Shown in pieces: positions 55,257 to 64,000 of a DNA stretch of 64,000 nucleotides. The DNA is taken from positions 32,445,967 to 32,509,966 of the forward strand of contig CM120640.1 of the NCBI GenBank assembly GCA_051362555.1, given 5' to 3'. A model generated the notes under the pieces. It was not told the DNA's origin and did no database searches. It saw nothing but the letters and a program-made list of their open reading frames with translations. Source of the stretch: Lingula anatina (taxonomy: Eukaryota; Animalia; Brachiopoda). The position numbers and the translations under genes were made by a program. How positions within the stretch are numbered: position 1 is the stretch's first letter; every line of letters begins with the position of its first letter.

Positions 55257-57626
55257 AGCTTGGATCCAAGAGTGAAATCCATGTCCGGGTGGGTGCGCTC
55301 ATCATCTTCTTTGTCCTGTAAAAAGAAATGAAAAAAAATATTAGATTTTTTCAATTTACCTATCCCAAAACCCCCAAATAATCAAATTTACTAACCTTAG
55401 CTTCAATCCAAGAGTGAAGTCCATGTCCAGGCGAAGTCGCTCATAATCTTCTTTGTCCTGTAAAAAAAAATGAAAAACAAGATTAGATTTTTTTAATTAA
55501 CCCATCCAAAAACAACAAAAAAATCAAATGTACTAACCTTAGCTTGGATCCAAGAGTGAAGTCCATGTCTGGGTGGGGTTTTTCATCATCTTCTTTGTCC
55601 TGTAAAAAGAAATAAAAACCGAGATTAGATTTTTTCAATTTACCCATCCCACCACCCCCAAAAATTAAAATTTACTAACCTTAGCTTGGATCCAAGAGTG
55701 AAGTCCATGTCCGGGCGGGTCGTTCATCATCTTCTTTGTCCTGTAAAAAGAAATAAAAAACCGAGATTAGATTTTTTCAATTAACCCATCCCACCACCCC
55801 AAAAAATTAAAATTTACTAACCTTAGCTTGGATCCAAGAGTGAAGTCCATGTCCGGGCTGGGTAGCTCATCATCTTCTTTGTCCTGTAAAAAGAGATGAA
55901 AAACAAGATTAGATTTTTTCAATTTCCAATCTCACCACCCCAAAAAAATCAAATTTACCAACCTTAGCTTGGATCCTAGAGTGTAGTCCATATTTGGGCG
56001 GGGTCGCTCATCATCTTCTTTGTCCTGTAAAAAGAAATAAAAAACAAGATTAGATTTTTTCAATTTACCCATCCCACCACAACAAAAAAATCAAATTAAC
56101 TAACCTTAGCTTGAATCCAAGAGTGAAGTCCATGTCCAGGCGGGGTTGTTCATCAACTTCTTTGTCCTGTAAAAAGAAATGAATAAGAAGATTAGATTTT
56201 GTTCAATTTGCCTATCCCAAACCCCCCAAATAATCAAATTTACTAACCTTAGCTTGGATCCAAGAGTGAAGTCCATGTCCAGGCGGGGTCGCTCATCATC
56301 TTCTTTGTCCTGTAAAAAAAAATGAAAAACAAGATTAGATTTTTTCAATTTACCCATCCAAAAACAACAAAAAAATCAAATGTACTAACCTTAGCTTGGA
56401 TCCAAGAGTGAAGTCCATGTCCAGGCGGGGTTGATCATCAACTTCTTTGTCCTGTAAAAAGAAATGAATAAGAAGATTAGATTTTTTTCAATTTACCTAT
56501 CCCAAAACCCCCAAATAATCAAATTTACTAACCTTAGCTTGGATCCAAGAGTGAAGTCCATGTCCGGGCTGGGTCGCTCATCGTCTTGTTTGTTCTATAA
56601 AAAAAAAATGAAAAACAAGATTAGATTTTTTCAATTTACCCATCCCACCACAGCAAAAAAATCAAATTTACTAACCTTAGCTTGTATCCAAGAGTGAAGT
56701 CCATGTCCAGGCGGGGTTGTTCATCAACTTCTTTGTCCTGTAAAAAGAAATGAATAAGAAGATTAGATTTTTTTCAATTTACCTATCCCAAACCCCCCAA
56801 ATAATCAAATTTACTAACCTTAGCTTGGATCCAAGAGTGAAGTCCATGTCCGGGTGGGGACGTTCATCATCTTCTTCGTCCTCTAAAAAGAAATGAAAAA
56901 CAAGATTAGATTTTTACAATTTATCAATCACAAAACCCCCAAAAAATCAAATATACTAACCTTAGCTTGGATACAAGAGTGAATTCCATGTCCGGGCGAG
57001 GTTGCTCATCAACTTCTTTGTCCTGTAAAAAGAAATGAAAAACAAGATTAGATTTTTATAACTTTCCCATCCCACCACACCAAAAAAAGAATTACTAACC
57101 TTAGCTTGAATCCAAGAGTGAAGTCCATGTCCGGGCGGGGTCGCTCATCATCTTCTTTCTCCTGTAAAAAGAAATGAAAAACAAGATTAGATGTTTTAAA
57201 TTTACTAACCTTAACTTGGATCCAAGAGTGAAGTCCATATCTGGGCGGGGTCGCTTATCATCTTCTTTGTCCTGTAAAAAGAAATGAAAATCAAGATTAG
57301 ATTTTTACAATTTACCAATCAAAAAACCCCCCAAAAAAATCAAATTTACTAACCTTAGCTTGAATCCAAGAGTGAAGTCCATGTCCGGGCGGAGACGTTC
57401 ATCACCTTCTTTGTCCTGTAAAAAGAAATGAAAAACAAGATTAGATTTTTACAATTTATCAATCCCAAAACCCCCCAAAAATCAAATATACTAACCTTAG
57501 CTTGGATACCAGAGTGAATTCCATGTCCGGGCGAGGTTGCTCATCAACTTCTTTGTCCTGTAAAAAGAAATGAAAAACAAGATAAGATTTTTATAACTTT
57601 CCCATCCCACCACACCAAAAAAAGAA

Positions 57627-60043
57627 CTAGAGGATCAGAGAGGCGATACCGCCTCCGAATATTGTACCACCGGCTGGAGTAAGCGCGATCGTATAGACCC
57701 CCCCACACACAAAAAAGGGACACCACCACCACCAGTCTTGTGCTTGACAAGCTGTAAAAAATGAAATCAACAAGAATTCTCAAAAAATGCAAAAAATATA
57801 TATAATTAGATTGCCAGTATATGACTTCCTATTCAAGTTCAATAGTAACTATGGACCTATCTCTGCCAGTTTTGGAGATAAAAGGGAACCAAAATTTGCA
57901 AAGTTCAATTCATGATAAAAAGTAGGTCAAAGGTCAATTTCAAGGTCACATTTAGATTGCCAGTATATGACTTCCTATTCAACTTTAATAGTAACTATGG
58001 ACCTATCTCTGCCAGGTTTGGAGTTAAAAGAGAAAGAAATTAGCAGAGTTCAGTTCATGGTGAAAAGTAGGTCAAAGGTCAATTTAAAGGTCACATTTAT
58101 ATTGCCAGTATATGACTTCCTATTCAACTTCAATAGTAACTATACACCTATCTCTGCTAGTTTTGGAGATAAAAGGGAAGCAAAATTTCCAAAGTTCAGT
58201 TCATGGTGAAAAGTAGGTCAAAGGTCAATTTCAAGGTCACATTTAGATTGCCAGTATATGACTTCATATTCAAGTTCAATAGAAACTATGGACCTATCTC
58301 TGCCAGTTTTGGAGATAAAAGGGAGGCAAAATTTGCAAAGTTCAGTTCATGGTGAAAAGTAGGTCAAAGCTCAATTTCAAGGTCACAGTAAGATTGCCAG
58401 TATATGACTTCCTATTCAAGTTCAATAGTAACTATGGACCTATCTCTGCCAGTTTTGGAGATAAAAGGGAACCAAAATTTGCAAAGTTCAATTCATGATA
58501 AAAAGTAGGTCAAAGGTCAATTTCAAGGTCACATTTAGATTGCCAGTATATGACTTCCTATTCAACTTCAATAGTAACTATGGACCTATCTCTGCCAGGT
58601 TTGGAGTTAAAAGAGAAAGAAATTAGCAGAGTTCAGTTCATGGTGAAAAGTAGGTCAAAGGTCAATTTAAAGGTCACATTTAGATTGCCAGTATATGACT
58701 TCCTATTCAACTTCAATAGTAACTATGGACCTATCTCTGCTAGTTTTGGAGATAACAGGTAAGCAAAATTTCCAAAGTTCAGTTCATGGTGAAAAGTAGG
58801 TCAAAGGTCAATTTCAAGGTCACATTTAGATTGCCAGTATATGACTTTCTATTCAACTTCAATAGTAACTATGGACCTATCTCTGCCAGTTTTGGAGATA
58901 AAAGGGAGGCAAAATTTGCAAAGTTCAGTTCATGGTGAAAAGTAGGTCAAAGGTCAATTTCAAGGTCACAGTAAGATTGCCAGTACATGACTTCCTATTC
59001 AACTTCAATAGTAACTATGGACTTATCTCTGCCAGTTTTGGAGATATAAGGGACTAAATGTTATAATTTTGGAGTTACCATAATGTGCAATAAATTTCCT
59101 ACGGAAAAATTTAATTAAAATAAAGAAAAGGTCATTTTGGTCAAAATTCTTGAAATGGGAGGTGCTCTGAAGTTCCAGATGTTCAAATTTGATGAAATAA
59201 TGTCATTTTTGACCACAAGTTGTCTGCTTTGCCAAGCCTTATGTTTTATTTTTCCGGAGTTCAAAATTTATTATCCATTACCGTACTGCACATTTTGCTT
59301 TCACCACCAATATGTACTTTTTGATACAGCGTAACTCGAAAACCATATGGAATACAAAAAAACGGAAACCACCTTCAGTGTTGGGCTTTACATGCTCTAC
59401 AAAATGCAAAAAAGAATGGGTCTCTAGCATTAACGGTTCCCGAATTAGAGACAGTTTTCAGTTTCGGTATCTTATGGCCGCTACACCTGTGAAAATGCAC
59501 CGATTGACCCCAAATTCACACAGATGAAAGATGACCTGAAGGGTAACATTTTCCAATAATATTATTGGTTAAGTCTGTGTGGTGTCTGAATAACAGCGCA
59601 AATAAATTTTTTTTCGAAAAAAAATTCATTTTTTTGAAAATTTTTGCCCGTTTGACCTTGAAATAAAGGTCAAAGGTCAAATCCAAGGGCATATTTGAAA
59701 TCTACACATATGACTTTTGGAAAGCTGTCTGTAGAAATTTTTCCCATAATTCCTTCCGTAGGGTAGATAATTAGCATTTAATTTTGCCATTTTTGGACAA
59801 GGGTGCATTGCAATGAGTGCCACACCTAGACCCCAATACCGACAAAGCCCAAATTTTACGTGGAACGAGTTGAGATTATAGGTGACCTAAATCCAAGAGA
59901 TGGGTATGGGGGCCCTTACCGACTAGGAGGAGAAGCGGTAATGGTAACATGGCGGCGGAGCCGCAGGAGCCGGCGGAGCCGGCGGAACGGACCGGACGGG
60001 ACTAAAACCATGTGTACCGCCAGCGCTAACGCTGGTGGTACAA
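57627..60043 (-). mobile_element. Second HINE-A copy (~2.4 kb, ~8.5 146-bp units) inserted in the satellite
   Basis: Reverse complement of 41427-44318. It splits the unit variant AAAAGAA^TTACTAACC, which is intact at ~57090 and ~61450. Confidence 0.92.
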
Positions 60044-63000
60044 TTACTAACCTTAGCTTGAATCCAAGAGTGAAGTCCATATCCGGGCGGGGTCGCTCAT
60101 CATCTTCTTTCTCCTGTAAAAAGAAATGAAAAACAAGATTAGATGTTTTCAATTTACCCATCCTACCAGCCCAAAAAAATCAAATTTACTAACCTTAACT
60201 TGGATCCAAGAGTGAAGTCCATGTCCAGGCTGGATCGCTCATCATCTTCTTTGTCTGTAAAAAGAAATAAAAATAAGATTAGATTTTTTCGATTTTCCCA
60301 TCCCAAAACCCCAAAAAATCAAATTTACTAACCTTACCTTGGATACATGAGTGAAGTCCATGTCCGGGCGAGGTCGCTCATCATCTTCTTTGTCCTGTAA
60401 AAAGAAATGAAAAACAAGATTAGATTTTTTCAATTTACCCATCCAAAAACAACAAAAAAATCAAATGTACTAACCTTAGCTTGGATCCAAGTGTGAAGTC
60501 CATGTCCCGGCGGGGTCGCTCATCATATTCTTTGTCTGTAGAAAGAAATAAAGGCAAGATTAGATTTTTTCAATTTATCAATCCCACCACACCAAAAAAA
60601 TCAAATTTACTAACCTTAGCTTGGATCCAAGTGTGAAGTTCATGTCCAGGCGGGTTCACTTATCATCTTTTTTATCCTGTAAAAAGAAATAAAAACCAAG
60701 ATTAGATTTTTTCAATTTATCCATCCCACCACACCAAAAAAATCAAATTTACTAACCTTAGCTTGGATCCAAGTGTGAAGTCCATGTCTGGGCGGGGACG
60801 TTCATCATCTTCTTTGTCCTGTAAAAAGAAATGAAAACATGATTAGATTTTTTCAATTTACTCAACCCACTACACCAAAATATTAAAATTCACCAACCTT
60901 AGCTTGGATCCAAGAGTGAAGTCCATATCTGGGCGGGGTCGCTTATCATATTCTTTGTCCTGTAAAAATAAATGAAAAACAAGATTAAATTTTTTCAATT
61001 TACCCATCCCACCACACCAAAAAAATCAAATTTACTAACCTTAGCCTGAATCCAAGAGTGAAGTCCATGTCTGTGCGGGGTTGTTCATCATCTTCTTTGT
61101 CCTGTAAAAAGAAATGAAAAAGGAGATTATATTTTTTTAATTTACGTATCCCAAAACCCCCAAAAATCAAATTTACTAACCTTAGCTTGAATCCAAGAGT
61201 GAAGTCCATGTCACGGCGGGGACGTTCATCATCTTCTTTGTCCTGTAAAAAGAAATGAAAAACAAGATTAGATTTTTACAATTTACCAATCCCAAAACCC
61301 CCAAAAAATCAAATATACTAACCTTAGCTTGGATACAAGAGTGAATTCCATGTCCAGGCGAGGTTACACATCAACTTCTTTGTCCTGTAAAAAGAAATGA
61401 AAAACAAGATTAGATTTTTATAACTTTCCCATCCCACCACACCAAAAAAAGAATTACTAACCTTAGCTTGAATCCAAGAGTGAAGTCCATGTCTGGGCGG
61501 GGTCGCTCTTCATCTTCTTTGTCCTGTAAAAAGAAAAGAAAAACAGATTTTTTCAATTTACCCATCCTAGCATCCCAAAAAAATCAAATTTACTAACCTT
61601 AACTTGGATCCAAGAGTGAAGTCCATGTCCAGGCTGGATCGCTCATCATCTTCTTTGACTGTAAAAAGAAATAAAAACAAGATTACATTTTTTCGATTTT
61701 CCCATCCCAAAACCCCAAAAAATCAAATTTACTAACCTTACCTTGGATACATGAGTGAAGTCCATGTCCGGGTGAGGTCGCTCATCATCTTCTTTGTCCT
61801 GTAAAAAGAAATGAAAACATGATTAGATTTTTTCAATTTTCTCAACCCACTACACCAAAAAATTAAAATTCACCAACCTTAGCTTGGATCCAAGAGTGAA
61901 GTCCATATCTGGGCGGGGTCGCTCATCATCTTCTTTGTCCTGTAAAAAGAAATGAAAAACAAGATTAAGTTTTTTCAATTTACCCATCCCACCATAACAA
62001 AAAAATCAAATTTACTAACCTTAGCTTGGATCTAAGAGTGAAGTCCATGTCTGGGCGGGGTAGCTCATTATCTTTTTTGTCCTGTAAAAAAAAAATGAAA
62101 AACAAGATAAGATTTTTTCAATTTACCCATCCCACCACACCCAAAAAATCAAATTTACTAACCTTAGCTTGAATCCAAGAGTGAAGTCCATGTCTGTGCG
62201 GGGTCGTTCATCAACTTCTTTGTCCTGTAAAAAGAAATAAAAAAGAAGATTAGATTTTTTCAATTTACCCATAACAAAAAAATCAAATTTACTAACCTTA
62301 GCTTGGATCTAAGAGTGAAGTCCATGTCTGGGCGGGGTAGCTCATTATCTTTTTTGTCCTGTAAAAAAAAAATGAAAAACAAGATAAGATTTTTTCAATT
62401 TACCCATCCCACCACACCCAAAAAATCAAATTTACTAACCTTAGCTTGGATCCAAATGTGAAGTTCATGTCCAGGCAGGGTCACTTATCATCTTCTTTAT
62501 CCTGTAAAAAGAAATAAAAACCAAAATTAGATTTTTTCAATTTACCCATCCCACCACACCAAAAAATTAAAATTTACTAACCTTAGCTTGGATCCAAGAG
62601 TGAAGTCCATGGCCTTGCAAGTCGTTCATCATCTTCTTTGTCCTGTAAAAAGAAATGAAAAAGAAGATTAGATTTTTTCAATTTACGTATCCCAAAACCC
62701 CAAAAAATCAAATTTACTAACCTTAGTTTGAATCCAAGAGTGAAGTCCATGTCCGGGCGGGGACGTTCATCATCTTCTTTGTCCTGTAAAAAGAAATAAA
62801 AAACAAGATTAGATGTTTTCAATTTACCCATCCTACCAGCCCAAAAAAATAAAATTTACTAACCTTAACTTGGATCCAAGAGTTAAGTCCATGTCCAGGC
62901 TGGGTCGTTCATCATCTTCTTTGTCCTGTAAAAAGAAATGAAAAACAAGATTAAGTTTTTTTCAATTTACCCATCCCACCATAACAAAAAAATCAAATTT

Positions 63001-64000
63001 ACTAACCTTAGCTTGGATCTAAAAGTGAAGTCCATGTCTGGGCGGGGTAGCTCATTATCTTCTTTGTCCTGTAAAAAAGAAATGAAAACATGATTAGATT
63101 TTTTCAATTTACTCAACCCACCACACCAAAAAATTAAAATTCACCAACCTTAGCTTGGATCCAAGAGTGAAGTCCATATCTGGGCGGGGTCGCTCATCAT
63201 CTTCTTTGTCCTGTAAAAAGAAATGAAAAACAAGATTAAGTTTTTTTCAATTTACCCATCCCACCATAACAAAAAAATCAAATTTACTAGCCTTAGCTTG
63301 GATCTAAGAGTGAAGTCCATGTCTGGGCGGGGTAGCTCATTATCTTCTTTGTCCTGTAAAAAAAAAATGAAAAACAAGATTAGATTTTTTCAATTTACCC
63401 ATCCCACCACACCAAAAAAATCAAATTTACTAACCTTAGCTTGGATCCAAGTGTGAAGTCCATATCTATGCGGGGTCGCTCATCATCTTCTTTATCCTGT
63501 AAAAAGAATTGAAAAAGAAGATTAGATTTTTTCAATTTACCTATCCCAAAACCCCCAAAAAATCAAATTTACTAACCTTAGCTTGGATCCAAGTGTGAAG
63601 TCCATATCTATGCGGGGTCGCTCATCATCTTCTTTATCCTGTAAAAAGAATTGAAAAAGAAGATTAGATTTTTTCAATTTACCTATCCCAAAACCACCAA
63701 AAAATTAAAATTTACCAACCTTAGCTTGGATCCAAGAGTGAAGTCCATATCTGGGCAGGGTCGCTCATCATCTTCTTTATCCTGTAAAAAAAAATGAAAA
63801 AGAAGATTAGATTTTTTCAATTTACCTATCCCAAAACCACCAAAAAATCAAATTTACTAACCTTAGCTTGGATCCAAGTGTGAAGTCCATATCTGGGCGG
63901 GGTCGCTCATCATCTTCTTTATCCTGTAAAAAGAAATGAAAAAGAAGATTAGATTTTTTCAATTTACCTATCCCAAAACCACCAAAAAATCAAATTTACT

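Larger units (their letters stand above)
54889..64000 (-). repeat. ~142-bp tandem satellite (~45 units, continuing off the window); each unit is a 62-nt exon-like plus ~80-nt intron-like segment
   Basis: GGATCC recurs at 55262, 55546, 55688, 55830 and onward. Minus strand: ttttacag|GACAAAG...CCAAGCTAAG|gttagt...tctaatc...ttttacag. Confidence 0.93.

Noticed and set aside
54889-64000. CRISPR array
   Set aside because: Eukaryotic context; units are full tandem repeats without unique spacers; no cas genes

Overview
AT-rich eukaryotic DNA with spliceosomal introns, probably from a marine invertebrate (inference from gene content and repeat types). Four protein-coding genes can be built from the sequence. 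(1) The 3' exons of HDAC8 (+, ending at 2424). (2) A ~1350-aa Deltex/DTX3L-like gene (-, 25224-11129) with RRM-like, KH-like, Macro, RING, RING and DTC regions in one chain. (3) Its tandem paralogue (-, 32193-27979, ~1186 aa), which has a Macro domain and one RING but no DTC. (4) A divergently transcribed KIAA0232 homologue (+, 35066-50258, ~1694 aa) with two C-terminal CCCH zinc fingers. Both Macro-RING genes have a kB-type site upstream of a predicted non-coding first exon and ISRE/IRF-type sites at the start of intron 1, which suggests an inducible ADP-ribose/ubiquitin immune module. Introns and intergenic DNA contain nested non-autonomous elements: three Helentron/DINE-like (HINE) families, two of them with internal tandem arrays, a deleted Gypsy LTR element, several MITEs and a TIR element carrying a RecQ fragment. 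The last ~9 kb is a ~142-bp satellite whose unit reads on the minus strand as a 62-nt exon plus a canonical ~80-nt intron. All calls come from reading the sequence by eye; no database searches were run.
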